Positions 1 through 9,890 of a stretch of 64,000 nt of DNA are shown piece by piece. The first letter of the stretch is position 1. Every line of letters begins with the position of its first letter. The translations under genes and the position numbers were made by a program. This stretch comes from an uncultured virus (IMG/VR IMGVR_UViG_3300024313_000600) (lineage: Duplodnaviria; Heunggongvirae; Uroviricota; Caudoviricetes). Location of the stretch: the IMG/VR virus record IMGVR_UViG_3300024313_000600; one strand, given 5' to 3'. The notes under the pieces are model-generated. The model was not told the DNA's origin. It saw only the letters and a list, made by a program, of their open reading frames with translations, and ran no database searches.

Positions 1-2
1 CT

Positions 3-71
3 GGATTCCACCCAGAAACAATGTATTACACATTAGGTTTTAATTTCGAAGCTGGTACTAGTATCATCTAA
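3..71 (+). CDS. C-terminal fragment of an upstream gene, probably the major capsid protein (gp23-like)
   Basis: Frame 3 reads GFHPETMYYTLGFNFEAGTSII*. It resembles the C-terminus recalled from large T4-like phage capsid proteins and is followed by a strong terminator. Partial at the window edge. Confidence 0.45.
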   Translation, partial: GFHPETMYYTLGFNFEAGTSII

Positions 72-95
72 GAATAAAAACTTTAATATAGTTTT

Positions 96-126
96 AAAAG
101 GTTCGCTTAACGGCGGACCTTTTTTT
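96..126 (+). terminator. Rho-independent terminator
   Basis: Hairpin AAAAGGTTCGC-ttaacg-GCGGACCTTTTTTT followed by a T-run. Confidence 0.8.
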
Positions 127-140
127 GTCTTATATCAATT

Positions 141-150
141 GAATATATAA
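141..150 (+). promoter_or_regulatory. Putative late promoter (RAATAWATA class)
   Basis: GAATATATAA; the same motif precedes the sheath, tube, terminase and leader-bearing genes. Confidence 0.6.
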
Positions 151-168
151 AAAAATCAATAACTAGAT

Positions 169-1356
169 ATGAAAAGAGTAAAATCATACAATCAATTTAT
201 AGCCGAATCTAATAAAGGTGTAGATGAAGGTATTACCGATATTAAAGGTATTATGAGTAATCCTATTAAATATAAGAAGATTAAAAATAATGCTAAGAAG
301 TATCAACAAACTAAAGTTCAGATAGCTTTAAATAATGTTGATGCTGCTAAAAAGACTCAGGCATCCTCAGGTAAAATGGATCCTAAACAAAAAGAAACTT
401 TAAAGGCTGCTAATGCTGCTAAGAATCAAGCACTAAAAGATAAAGCATCTGCAATTAGTCAAAGAATGAAAGATCTAGCTACAACCGATCCACTTAAACA
501 AGTAGTAACTATTGCAACTACAAAATCAAACCTAGCAGCAGCAGAAACTGCGCTGAAGGCGGCAGATGGTGAAGAATCAAAACAACTTAAGATTAGAATT
601 AAAAAATTAGCAGGTAAAGCATCAGATGCTCAACAAGCATTAAAGGATTATGAATCTGACGGTGGAGATAAAGAACAGGTTGAATTACCAGGTGAAAAGG
701 AAAAGGCTGCTAAAGCAGAAAAGGAAAAGTTAGATAAAGCTAAAGCTGATAAGGCTAAAGAAGCTGTTGATGGCGAGATTACTAAAGCTAAAGCTGCATA
801 TGATGCTGTAAAAGATGGTGAAGATGAAAAGGCCAAATTACAAGCAGAGATTAAATTTAAACAAGCTCAACAGAAAAAAGCTAAATTAGATGCTAACGAT
901 GAATTGTTTCAAGGTCTAGGAGATGACATTGGAGAGATAATGAAAAAGGTAAAAGCACTTGATCCAGATTCTAATACTGAAACAGATACTGATACTGAAA
1001 CAGATACTGATACTGAGGTAGATGATAATACTCCTGATGATCCGGCTGCAAAATTAGAAGCTGATATTAAAGCCTTTAATAATAACATAGAAACTGAAAG
1101 AACTACAATGAATAAAGCTACTAAAGATTTAGAACAGGCTAAAAGAGATCTAAAAACTGGTAGAGGTTCTGAAGAAAAGGTTCAAAAACTACAAAAGGCA
1201 ATTGAAGATAGCAAAGAGGATATTGCTGAGCTTAAGAAAAAGGAAGCTGATGCTAAAAAGAAAGTAGCTGCACTATCTAAACCTAAAGGAGAATCATTTC
1301 AACCACTTGAAGAAACTGTTTCTGAAAAGTTTAGAAGGTTAATGAATAATGTATAA
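169..1356 (+). CDS. Coiled-coil internal head/core protein with capsid-targeting-like leader
   Basis: N-terminus MKRVKSYNQFIAE, Lys/Ala/Glu-rich coiled coil, follows the putative capsid gene, late motif upstream. Confidence 0.6.
   Translation: MKRVKSYNQFIAESNKGVDEGITDIKGIMSNPIKYKKIKNNAKKYQQTKVQIALNNVDAAKKTQASSGKMDPKQKETLKAANAAKNQALKDKASAISQRMKDLATTDPLKQVVTIATTKSNLAAAETALKAADGEESKQLKIRIKKLAGKASDAQQALKDYESDGGDKEQVELPGEKEKAAKAEKEKLDKAKADKAKEAVDGEITKAKAAYDAVKDGEDEKAKLQAEIKFKQAQQKKAKLDANDELFQGLGDDIGEIMKKVKALDPDSNTETDTDTETDTDTEVDDNTPDDPAAKLEADIKAFNNNIETERTTMNKATKDLEQAKRDLKTGRGSEEKVQKLQKAIEDSKEDIAELKKKEADAKKKVAALSKPKGESFQPLEETVSEKFRRLMNNV
974..1016 (+). repeat. 18-bp tandem repeat encoding a (TETDTD)n linker
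   Basis: ATACTGAAACAGATACTG, about 2.4 copies. Confidence 0.8.
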
Positions 1357-1840
1357 AGTCCGTAAGATAAACTTTGGATGGTATAAAAGGAGGCATGGTA
1401 TTCTATTGGAGAATCTGCCTCCTTTGAAGCAAAAACTTTTATTAGAAAATAATCATATGAAATGGTTAGATTCTGATGTAGATGCTTTTGAGATTATATT
1501 TAAGGTTGAGGATATGAATGAGCATGAAAAAAATCCTAACCGTATACTTTGGAATCCTTTTAGAGAAACTTTTACAAATATTAAAGAATTAGAAAAAGAC
1601 TCTGATCTTGTTGATTGGAATTGTGGTATTTGTAAAACTGAGATTAAATCAAGGATGGACTCTAAGAAGGTTGAAAATTTTGTTTGTAATAAGTGCTCAG
1701 AGTCCCATAACTCATCAAATAAAAGGATTGACAAAAGAATAATAGATTCATCTGTTAAATTTATGAAACACTGTAAATCGTTACTAAAAGGAGAACAGAG
1801 AGAGTTTATGACTTATGTAAGGAGATCATCTAAGTCTTAA
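1349..1840 (+). CDS. Hypothetical zinc-finger protein
   Basis: CGIC...CNKC pairs. Confidence 0.6.
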   Translation: MYKVRKINFGWYKRRHGILLENLPPLKQKLLLENNHMKWLDSDVDAFEIIFKVEDMNEHEKNPNRILWNPFRETFTNIKELEKDSDLVDWNCGICKTEIKSRMDSKKVENFVCNKCSESHNSSNKRIDKRIIDSSVKFMKHCKSLLKGEQREFMTYVRRSSKS

Positions 1841-2620
1841 TGCTTCTTCAATACTTATCTTTCTAAATGTATCTAAATTACTTGTAGGGCATGCATTAAA
1901 AATCTGTATACCTTTTCCTTTTATTTCTTCTTTTAAAATTTCAAAACCAGGTAAAAATTGATCTTTATAAATTTTATGGCTAGTTGCATTAACTGGATAT
2001 CCATTATGAAAATGCGTTGATGTTCCGTTACTTCCCATATCATATCCTAATAAAACTATTCTTTTTGCGCCAAGATGTATGGCTAAATTAATAGCTGCAT
2101 ATCCGCTATTGTTGCCATGCGAGATAATATCTTTACTGGTTTCTAATCCAAACTTTTTTCCTCTCTTTAGTATTGTTACATCACTAGGATAATTCTTAGG
2201 CCTAATCGTATACTTTAAACCTTTGAATTTATTAATCTCTTTTTCAAACCAGGTATATACTCTACCATCAGTCCAATAAACTGCATCAGCATTAGGGTAA
2301 AATGTTATGGCTTTATTAATGGCTATAGTTTTTTTACCTTCTAGTGAATTCCATTTAAAGTTTTTTAAAGAAGGTCCACCACCTATTAAGTATACAGTTT
2401 CCCCAGTCCATATTTCATCCACCTTACCGTATTTATAATTAGGCTTTTTGCCATTAGAAATATATCCTCTATTATCTTTAGGTAATGTAGCTGCATTTCT
2501 TACATGTTTTATGTCTTGGTTAGCTATCTTACCTCTACTTATGCTACTTTTAGTATTTTTAGAAACCTCAGTAGGAACAGTAATCTTAACAATTTTTCTT
2601 ATTTGTCTGGATCTTCTCAT
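1826..2620 (-). CDS. DUF115/Maf (MptE-like) family putative sugar transferase
   Basis: IGGGPSL, AINKA, NNSGYAAINLAIHLGAKRIVLLGYD motifs; the only credible minus-strand gene. Confidence 0.7.
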   Translation of the reverse strand: MRRSRQIRKIVKITVPTEVSKNTKSSISRGKIANQDIKHVRNAATLPKDNRGYISNGKKPNYKYGKVDEIWTGETVYLIGGGPSLKNFKWNSLEGKKTIAINKAITFYPNADAVYWTDGRVYTWFEKEINKFKGLKYTIRPKNYPSDVTILKRGKKFGLETSKDIISHGNNSGYAAINLAIHLGAKRIVLLGYDMGSNGTSTHFHNGYPVNATSHKIYKDQFLPGFEILKEEIKGKGIQIFNACPTSNLDTFRKISIEEALRLR

Positions 2621-2691
2621 AGTGGATATTAATATTTATTTGCCTAAAACAAATACATTTTTATCCATATAAAAATAAATCTAACTAATAT

Positions 2692-3654
2692 ATGAAGAAT
2701 ATCCAAAATATACTACTAACAGAGAAGTATAGGCCACAATCCTTAGATGATTTAATTACTCCTAAGAGGGTTGGCGAAAAATTAAGTAAAGGAGTTTATC
2801 AACATTTACTATTACATGGCAGTCCAGGTACAGGTAAAACCTCAGCTGCTAAAGCATTAGTAAAGCATTTTAAACATCCATACCTTTATATCAATGCATC
2901 AACAGATACATCCGTAGATGTTGTAAGAAATAGAATTACTGATTTTTGTGCTAATCGTTCTATAATGGATGAGCCAGGAAAAATGAAGGTAATTATACTT
3001 GATGAGATTGATGGTGTATCAGATCAATTCTTTAAAGCATTAAGAGCCACAATGGATCAGTTTGCTGTAAATGCAAGATTCGTTGCAACATGTAATTATA
3101 TTAATAAAGTACCAGATCCAATTCAGTCTAGATTTGAAATGATTGATTTTGATTTTTCTAAAGAAGAAGAAACCGAAATAATGAAAAGTTACATTATGAG
3201 GATTTTACAAATCTGTAAAGAAGAAGGTATAGGTATTGATAAACATGCAGCTGTTGAATTAGTAAAAAGAAAATTTCCTGATTTAAGAAATATGTTAAAT
3301 CAACTACAAGGATTTAAATCTCAGGGTGTAGAAACTATAACAGTTGAAAACATTAAACAATTTAGTTCAGTATATAAAGATATTTATGATCTTGTTATTG
3401 ATGGAGAAGATCCTGTAAAAAATTATCAGTATATGCTATCTAATTATGCAAATAGAACTGATGATGTTTTATCTTCTTTAGGTGCTGAATTTATAGATTT
3501 TATTAAACAAGATAGGCAATCATATACTACATTCATTCCACAGATAATTGTAACGGTTGCAAAATACCAAGCACAAAGACAACATGTAATTGATCCTGCT
3601 GTATCAATGCTTGCTTGTATTTATGAATTACAAACAATAGTAAACGGAGCATAA
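2692..3654 (+). CDS. Sliding-clamp loader AAA+ subunit (T4 gp44/RFC-like)
   Basis: EKYRP, GSPGTGKT Walker A, LDEID Walker B, IQSRF arginine finger. Confidence 0.92.
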   Translation: MKNIQNILLTEKYRPQSLDDLITPKRVGEKLSKGVYQHLLLHGSPGTGKTSAAKALVKHFKHPYLYINASTDTSVDVVRNRITDFCANRSIMDEPGKMKVIILDEIDGVSDQFFKALRATMDQFAVNARFVATCNYINKVPDPIQSRFEMIDFDFSKEEETEIMKSYIMRILQICKEEGIGIDKHAAVELVKRKFPDLRNMLNQLQGFKSQGVETITVENIKQFSSVYKDIYDLVIDGEDPVKNYQYMLSNYANRTDDVLSSLGAEFIDFIKQDRQSYTTFIPQIIVTVAKYQAQRQHVIDPAVSMLACIYELQTIVNGA

Positions 3655-4310
3655 TGGCATACGGTGTATATAAAAACACAGAAGAATTTGAATCACAGTT
3701 AGCACAATACACTGGTTCTAAATATGCAGTGGCATTAGATAATATGAGTAACGGTTTATTCCTTGCTTTATATTATGAGAAGCATGTTAACAAATCAATA
3801 GTAGATGATTCTATAATGATTCCCAATAGAACTTACCCATCAGTCCCTTGTGAAATAATTCATGCAGGATTAAAGGTTAAGTGGAATAAAAAACACCCGC
3901 AGGTTTTTAAGGGTAAATTAACCGGCTCATATCAGTTAAAGGGATCTAATGTTTGGGATTCGGCATTATCATTTACGGCTGATATGTATAAACCAGATAC
4001 TCATATGTGTGTATCATTTACTGGACCTTTTAAACATTTTAAATTATCTAAAGGTGGTGCAATACTAACTGATAGTCTAAAAGCATATCATTGGTTTAAA
4101 AGAGCAAGGTATTCAGGTCGTAGAGAATGTTCTTATCATGATGATAATTTTGATATGATTGGTTGGAATTTTTATATGATGCCAGAACTAGCAGCAAGAG
4201 GATTATTATTAATGAATCAATTTTACAACCAGGACGGTACAAAAAGGCACCAAGAAGATTTAACTCTACCTTACCCTGATTTATCAAAATTTAAAATATA
4301 CGAAAAATGA
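3654..4310 (+). CDS. Short DegT/DnrJ/EryC1/StrS-family PLP aminotransferase
   Basis: FE..LAQYTGSKYAVAL, DSA, SFTGPFKH..GGAILTD, GWNFYM; only 218 aa. Confidence 0.75.
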   Translation: MAYGVYKNTEEFESQLAQYTGSKYAVALDNMSNGLFLALYYEKHVNKSIVDDSIMIPNRTYPSVPCEIIHAGLKVKWNKKHPQVFKGKLTGSYQLKGSNVWDSALSFTADMYKPDTHMCVSFTGPFKHFKLSKGGAILTDSLKAYHWFKRARYSGRRECSYHDDNFDMIGWNFYMMPELAARGLLLMNQFYNQDGTKRHQEDLTLPYPDLSKFKIYEK

Positions 4311-4462
4311 GAGCACAATTTTTAGAAAAACTAATAAATAAGTTTCCTAATTATTTAGAACTAGGTGGAGCAGTTAAAAGATACTATGATTTGCGACAAT
4401 CAAAAATGAGCAAGGAAGAATGTGAAGAAATTGTTTTAAATTCTTCTTTCAGAATTCTTTAA
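4307..4462 (+). CDS. Small hypothetical protein (51 aa, not in the ORF track)
   Basis: ATG overlaps the upstream TGA (ATGA); reads MRAQFLEKLINKFPNYLELGGAVKRYY... Confidence 0.6.
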   Translation: MRAQFLEKLINKFPNYLELGGAVKRYYDLRQSKMSKEECEEIVLNSSFRIL

Positions 4463-4478
4463 TCTTTGTTATAATTAT
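4447..4478 (+). promoter_or_regulatory. Putative early sigma70-type promoter (TTTCAG-N17-TATAAT)
   Basis: Same architecture at about 22008, 31013 and 59331. Confidence 0.5.
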
Positions 4479-4493
4479 ATTAAATAACACATT

Positions 4494-5717
4494 ATGAAAA
4501 AAACAGGCAGACATACATTTGTCATAGATGGAAACTATTTTCTATTTAGAACCTTATATGTAATTCCTAGCAGATCTAAAAAGGCAGGTTTATTAGGTAC
4601 AGATGAAGACGTACAAACATTCGTTAAAAAATTGGCAACTGACTTTGCATATCAGATCAGATTATTCGAAGGACTTATCGATAAGGTTGTTTGGACAGTA
4701 GATTCAAGATCATGGAGAAAGGACTTTTACCCAGAAGCAGAATACAAAGGTAATCGTAAACAAAATGATGCTCTTAACTGGGAGAATTTCTCAAAAGCAA
4801 CAGCTGACTTTATTTCTATCCTATCTAAGCAAGGTGTTATTATTTCTAAAATTGACGGTGCTGAAGGTGATGATTTAATGTATGCATGGAATACTGAATG
4901 TCTTGCAAATGACAAATCAGTTATTATGTTTACTGGTGATAGAGACTTGGTTCAATTGGTAGATAAGAGTACAAATAATAATACTCATACTATTCTATTT
5001 TCACCAGCTCATAAAAAATTATATACTTACCAAGGTTTTTCTGAATGGATGGATTCTCAAACTGAAGAAGAACAATCTAATGATATATTTGATGTACTAA
5101 AAACCTCTGTGTCACCAGAGAATCAGGCTAAAAAATTACTTAAAGCATTAGTCGCAAAGAAAAAGGTTTCTATTATAGAAGTTGACCCTGAAGACTTCCG
5201 TTTTCGTAAAGTACTTACAGGAGATGCTGGTGATAATGTACCACCTGCTTACTATTACAAAAAAGGTAATAGGAGATACGGTATTAGTGAAAATAAAGCA
5301 ACTGCTATTATCGCCGAGTTCAAAGAAAAGCATGGTCACTTATCTCACATGTATCTTTATAATGATGATTATATTACTGACCTTGCAAATATGACAGTAA
5401 GAGTTATGAATGCAAAGCATATGAGCAGAGAACAGATTATTTCTAATCTAAAATCTAATGTCAATCTTATGGTACTTGCTGCTGAATCTATACCAGAAGG
5501 TATCCTAGACGAAATGTTCAAATCAGTTGAATCTAAAATGAATGTAAAAGGTTTACAGTTAAAAACAATTTCTACAATGAAATCTATTTTAGAGAATACT
5601 GAATATGCTAAAGAGACCGATAGTTCATTTAAAGCATCGTTCTTTAAAGATGATGATAGCAGTTCAGATGACATGTCTTTTATTAAAGGTAGCAAATCAC
5701 AAGATAAGATTTTTTAA
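4494..5717 (+). CDS. RNase H / 5'-3' flap exonuclease (T4 rnh-like)
   Basis: IDGN, SWRKDFYPEAEYKGNR, EGDD, TGDRDLVQL, GDAGDNVP motifs. Confidence 0.88.
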   Translation: MKKTGRHTFVIDGNYFLFRTLYVIPSRSKKAGLLGTDEDVQTFVKKLATDFAYQIRLFEGLIDKVVWTVDSRSWRKDFYPEAEYKGNRKQNDALNWENFSKATADFISILSKQGVIISKIDGAEGDDLMYAWNTECLANDKSVIMFTGDRDLVQLVDKSTNNNTHTILFSPAHKKLYTYQGFSEWMDSQTEEEQSNDIFDVLKTSVSPENQAKKLLKALVAKKKVSIIEVDPEDFRFRKVLTGDAGDNVPPAYYYKKGNRRYGISENKATAIIAEFKEKHGHLSHMYLYNDDYITDLANMTVRVMNAKHMSREQIISNLKSNVNLMVLAAESIPEGILDEMFKSVESKMNVKGLQLKTISTMKSILENTEYAKETDSSFKASFFKDDDSSSDDMSFIKGSKSQDKIF

Positions 5718-5741
5718 ACCTTTTTCTTTTTCTTCATATAA
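5715..5741 (+). promoter_or_regulatory. TAAAC-N17-TATAA promoter
   Basis: One of about 11 fixed-spacing copies in intergenic regions. Confidence 0.65.
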
Positions 5742-5756
5742 ATATAAAATAACTTA

Positions 5757-6173
5757 ATGAAATTATTTGATTATATAAAAGTACTATTTGGCAAAGATGC
5801 ACAATGGGAAAAGACAAGCAATTATGATAAATCTAAGAATTCATTTATGACTAATAGATTTATGAGTATTAAGTTTCCTATTCAAGGAAACATGTTTAAT
5901 ACATTAAAAATAGATCCAGTAGGACAAGCAGAATCATGGAGGTTAATATCTTCTAAATTCAATAGAGTACCTGGTTTTATTTATACTAAAGTAAAAAAGT
6001 CTGCAAAACAAAAAGCAAAAGAATGGAATGCTAATCCTAAGGCTTTAGAACTTTATATGAAATTTAATGAAATAGGTGAACGTGAATATAAAGAAGCACT
6101 AAAATATAACCCATCAGAAGTTCAATCCTCGATAGATAAACTAGAAAAACAAATGGGCAAAGATGTTAATTGA
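5757..6173 (+). CDS. Probable clamp-loader small subunit (gp62-like)
   Basis: Size, LFDYIK...FMTNRFMS...IYTK...REYKEAL pattern, proximity to the gp44-like gene. Confidence 0.5.
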   Translation: MKLFDYIKVLFGKDAQWEKTSNYDKSKNSFMTNRFMSIKFPIQGNMFNTLKIDPVGQAESWRLISSKFNRVPGFIYTKVKKSAKQKAKEWNANPKALELYMKFNEIGEREYKEALKYNPSEVQSSIDKLEKQMGKDVN

Positions 6174-6828
6174 TAATACTTTTGAATTAGGAATACCTAC
6201 ACATATAAAATTTACTTTATTTAAATATGATTACTTTGATAGTATAATTATTAACAGAGTAAAAAAAGAATGTAAAAATTATTCTAAAATATCAGGCGAA
6301 TATTGCATTAAGAAGTCTTCATTCCTTAATGCAATTAAAACTAGTAAACGTCTAAACAAAGAGATAATTAAATCTTCTGATTTTGGCTATGTACCTTCAC
6401 CATCATTAAAGCCTAATTCAATTTATTTTCTTTGGTCTATTTTTGGTAGATTAGAAAACCTAGAATGGTTAACTTTCAGTGTTAATGATGATAAGAAATA
6501 TACGCGCCTAATTAAAAATGAATCAGGTCTACCGATTCTTAGTTTTCATTTTAGTATATTAGAAGGCATATTTGATTTAACTCAACTATTAGATAGAAAA
6601 GAATTGGATCTTTTTAATAAAACACTTATTGATTTTAAAATATTAGAAAATAAGTATTTGGAAAGGAAGCCCTATTTCTATATGAAGGCAACTGCAATAT
6701 TAGATATTTTAACTTCAATGGAAGTAGAAGGTAAATTATCAACATTTCATTTAATAGATCATATTGATCCTAAGTTAGAAGAAGACGACCCTATCTTAAT
6801 TGTAAAGACAGACTATACTCCATATTAG
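6163..6828 (+). CDS. Hypothetical protein
   Basis: 221 aa ORF overlapping the upstream gene. Confidence 0.6.
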   Translation: MLIDNTFELGIPTHIKFTLFKYDYFDSIIINRVKKECKNYSKISGEYCIKKSSFLNAIKTSKRLNKEIIKSSDFGYVPSPSLKPNSIYFLWSIFGRLENLEWLTFSVNDDKKYTRLIKNESGLPILSFHFSILEGIFDLTQLLDRKELDLFNKTLIDFKILENKYLERKPYFYMKATAILDILTSMEVEGKLSTFHLIDHIDPKLEEDDPILIVKTDYTPY

Positions 6829-6854
6829 TAGCTGAATATATAAACAAATAATGT

Positions 6855-7286
6855 TTGTATATGAAATCATTTCTTAATCGTTGTTGTGAATCAAAACGCG
6901 AATGTGTTACTTATTTAGTAGTCTTTTTATGGGTGGCCGTTGGTGTTACCGCAACATACTTTGATACTGACTTTACTCAACTGGCTGGATATTTTATTTC
7001 TTTAACTGGATTCGTGGCATCATATATTTTTGGTGAAAGCATGAGACCAAGCAATGATAGTTCTATTTTCAGAAAAGGAAAAAATAGCAAGAGAGAAAAT
7101 CTCATGTATATTACAATTGCTTTATGGACTATTATAGGAGTATGGGTAATTGTTAAAAATGCTGATCTTATGGGAGCGGCTGCATATTTTGCTGCACTCA
7201 CACCATTCGTAGGTTCCTATATAATTGGAGAAACTTTTAAAAAGGAAGGCAATCCAAAAGATTCATACGAACAAATAAATTCATAA
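6855..7286 (+). CDS. Four-TM membrane protein with internal duplication (holin-like candidate)
   Basis: Two homologous halves KRE..Y....LW...G...D....A.YF..LT.FV.SYI.GE; late motif at 6834. Confidence 0.6.
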   Translation: MYMKSFLNRCCESKRECVTYLVVFLWVAVGVTATYFDTDFTQLAGYFISLTGFVASYIFGESMRPSNDSSIFRKGKNSKRENLMYITIALWTIIGVWVIVKNADLMGAAAYFAALTPFVGSYIIGETFKKEGNPKDSYEQINS

Positions 7287-7289
7287 TCA

Positions 7290-9251
7290 ATGGCAGTTAA
7301 TGGAAGAAAAACAGATGCTAATGGCGATGCTATATTAATAAGCTTACAAGAACCTTATAAGAATGTTGTTGAAGTTGTTGGATATACTGATGTCACTAAA
7401 GGTGAAACTACCAGTGTTTACTATAATAAACAATTTAGGTGGGGTGTTGATGGAGTGACATATTCTGATTATATTGATCTTACTAATGTGAATCTAGAGG
7501 CTTTATTATTAAATCCTAATAAACCATTTTGGATAGAGTATAGGTATGAACAGGTAGGTGATGGTGACTTAGAATTCGAATCAATTGCATTAGAGATAGT
7601 AACTGATGGCGGTATTATTTGTAGAGTACCTCAAGTTGAATGTGGATCCGAAGGGTGTGTTGGTACACCGAATTTAGTTGTTGATTGCTGTGGTGATTCA
7701 TGGAATCCTTATGACTTATCTAAAGCCAGTTCAATGTACAATCAATTATCAGCAATCACATCTAACATGTTTGGTTTTTGTGTTGATTACTTTAAGACTA
7801 AGGCAGATCAAAGAAGTAGAGATGTTATTTTAAAAGAGTATTCTTTATTTGATGTCATTAAAGAAGCTGAGGTAAAAATTCTAATTCCTGATAATGAATT
7901 GCCTACAAGGGAAATACAGTTTAATCCTATGATGATGGATTTTCCTGTTCAATTTGAAATTCATATTGTTAAATCTGCGTTTGAGGCAGTATTCGGTTTA
8001 GGTGCTAAGCCAGAGATGAGAGACTATTTATATTTTAAACAATATATGAATAGGATGTATGAAATAGATGCTATAGCAGAAGCTGATGATTTTCTTTATA
8101 CAGGATCTTATTGGAGAGTTAGTTTAGTACCTTATCAAAAAAGAACAGCTGTAGGTTATGAAAATACCACAGAAGGAATACAAGCAGAAGCTAGCACAGA
8201 AGCATTAACTTCCAACGTAGAAGATAAATTTAGAGTTGAGAGAGAAAATGAATTTAGAGATGTAAGAAAAGACAATCAATACAACACAATAGGTACACAA
8301 TGTAATGATTATATTAGAAGACGATTAGATAAAAGATTAATTATTAAAGAAGAAAATGTTTATAATCAATGGACAATAATTTCTAAATATCATTATGAAT
8401 TAAATTCTATAAAAAATGGAGATGAATCTATTAAATATCAGTATGAGGACGGTTGGTCTAAAGAAGATGATAGAGCCTTTACGTTCTGGGTAAGACCACA
8501 ATATAAAAAACCGATAGGTAATAATATACTGATTTTATCAATAGTAAATAAAAATGGTAAAGTACAACTTAATACTGGTGTCTTACCTACTTTTGGTAAT
8601 GCTATTCAAATTGGTGATTGGGTAGACATAAGAGGAACGCAATCATATAACGGTATTTCAAAGGTAATTGAAATCATAGGAGATTCAATTGTAATTGATG
8701 AAACTTATGTTGATGATATTACTTTAACAGGATCCCCTAGCTTTAATAAAGAGGCTAGTAATAATTTTATGATTTACGAAAATACTTTACTTCCTCCAAC
8801 ACAATTCGTATCATTAACATATACTACTAACTGGGTCATAATGAAAATTAATGATTCTTATTATAAGTGGAAAATATCACAACCCTTTATAAAGAATAAA
8901 TGGTATGCATTTGTAATTAACTTAAATGCTACTGCTAATCAATTAGGATTATTTATTTATAATACACTAGAAGATTTAGGCGCAGTTAATCCTGAGAATA
9001 CTTCTACATTAAATCTCATATTTAATCAAACAAAAACATATACTCCAGTTGATGTAATAGATAATCAATCTTGGAAATTATTAGGATGTGAAACAGATTT
9101 AACTAATATAAGAATTTGGTCAAAGCCAATAGAAGAAGAATTACAAACTCTTATTCTTAGCCAATATGTTGTAAAAGATACACACTTATCTTTACTATTG
9201 GATAATGCATCACCACAATTAATGTTACCAGATGTAACGGATGCCAGATAA
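7290..9251 (+). CDS. Virion structural protein, neck gp14-like domain plus C-terminal LamG/ConA-like domain
   Basis: FEAVFG..AKPEMRDYLYF...RMYEI (gp14-like); WYAFVIN...NIRIWSKPI (LamG-like); precedes the terminase genes. Confidence 0.55.
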   Translation: MAVNGRKTDANGDAILISLQEPYKNVVEVVGYTDVTKGETTSVYYNKQFRWGVDGVTYSDYIDLTNVNLEALLLNPNKPFWIEYRYEQVGDGDLEFESIALEIVTDGGIICRVPQVECGSEGCVGTPNLVVDCCGDSWNPYDLSKASSMYNQLSAITSNMFGFCVDYFKTKADQRSRDVILKEYSLFDVIKEAEVKILIPDNELPTREIQFNPMMMDFPVQFEIHIVKSAFEAVFGLGAKPEMRDYLYFKQYMNRMYEIDAIAEADDFLYTGSYWRVSLVPYQKRTAVGYENTTEGIQAEASTEALTSNVEDKFRVERENEFRDVRKDNQYNTIGTQCNDYIRRRLDKRLIIKEENVYNQWTIISKYHYELNSIKNGDESIKYQYEDGWSKEDDRAFTFWVRPQYKKPIGNNILILSIVNKNGKVQLNTGVLPTFGNAIQIGDWVDIRGTQSYNGISKVIEIIGDSIVIDETYVDDITLTGSPSFNKEASNNFMIYENTLLPPTQFVSLTYTTNWVIMKINDSYYKWKISQPFIKNKWYAFVINLNATANQLGLFIYNTLEDLGAVNPENTSTLNLIFNQTKTYTPVDVIDNQSWKLLGCETDLTNIRIWSKPIEEELQTLILSQYVVKDTHLSLLLDNASPQLMLPDVTDAR

Positions 9252-9281
9252 CCTGGAATATATATTACAAATTAACTATTA

Positions 9282-9890
9282 ATGGAAGATAACTCAAAAG
9301 ATAAATTTAGAGATAGTATTGGAGATTTACTTAGTGAATTGCCAGATGAAGTACCTGGTTTAAATCAAACGCCAGAATTATCAAGAGTAAAAATTGAAAG
9401 TACACAAGCAGTTGCTTTAACAAAAGCTAAAGGAAAGGCCAAAAAGGTAATGTCTAGTTTACTTAAGTTTTATTTAAGTGAAGAGATTATTGCTGAGCAT
9501 GAGTATATTCAAGCAAAATCTAATTTAGATGAATATGCATTAGGTATGCTTATTAGGCAGATGGAGAATAGCGAAGTTGCAATTTCACAATTAATGGATA
9601 TTATTAATGAAGGCGATGTATCCCCAAGAATGTTTGAAGTACTTAGTGATTTACAAAGAACTTTATTGGATATTATTAAAAGCCAAACAATGTATATGGT
9701 GGCTATTGAAGAAAATGCCAAAAAGACTTCTAGAGATATTGATGTTTATCATGGAAATTCAGAGAGTAGCAATAATAAAAAACAAAGCGGTGTTAAGTCA
9801 AGAGGTACTAAAGATTTAATGCGAGCATTACAAGAAACAATTAACGAAGAAGATATACAAGATGTCGATAGCGATGAAAATGAAGAATAG
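9282..9890 (+). CDS. Terminase small subunit (gp16-like)
   Basis: SPRMFEVL and C-terminal GTKDLMRAL motifs; upstream of TerL. Confidence 0.7.
   Translation: MEDNSKDKFRDSIGDLLSELPDEVPGLNQTPELSRVKIESTQAVALTKAKGKAKKVMSSLLKFYLSEEIIAEHEYIQAKSNLDEYALGMLIRQMENSEVAISQLMDIINEGDVSPRMFEVLSDLQRTLLDIIKSQTMYMVAIEENAKKTSRDIDVYHGNSESSNNKKQSGVKSRGTKDLMRALQETINEEDIQDVDSDENEE

Noticed and set aside
974..1016. Short tandem repeats as a possible CRISPR array (also 51085-51130 and the tape-measure repeats)
   Set aside because: They are in-frame coding repeats without unique spacers.
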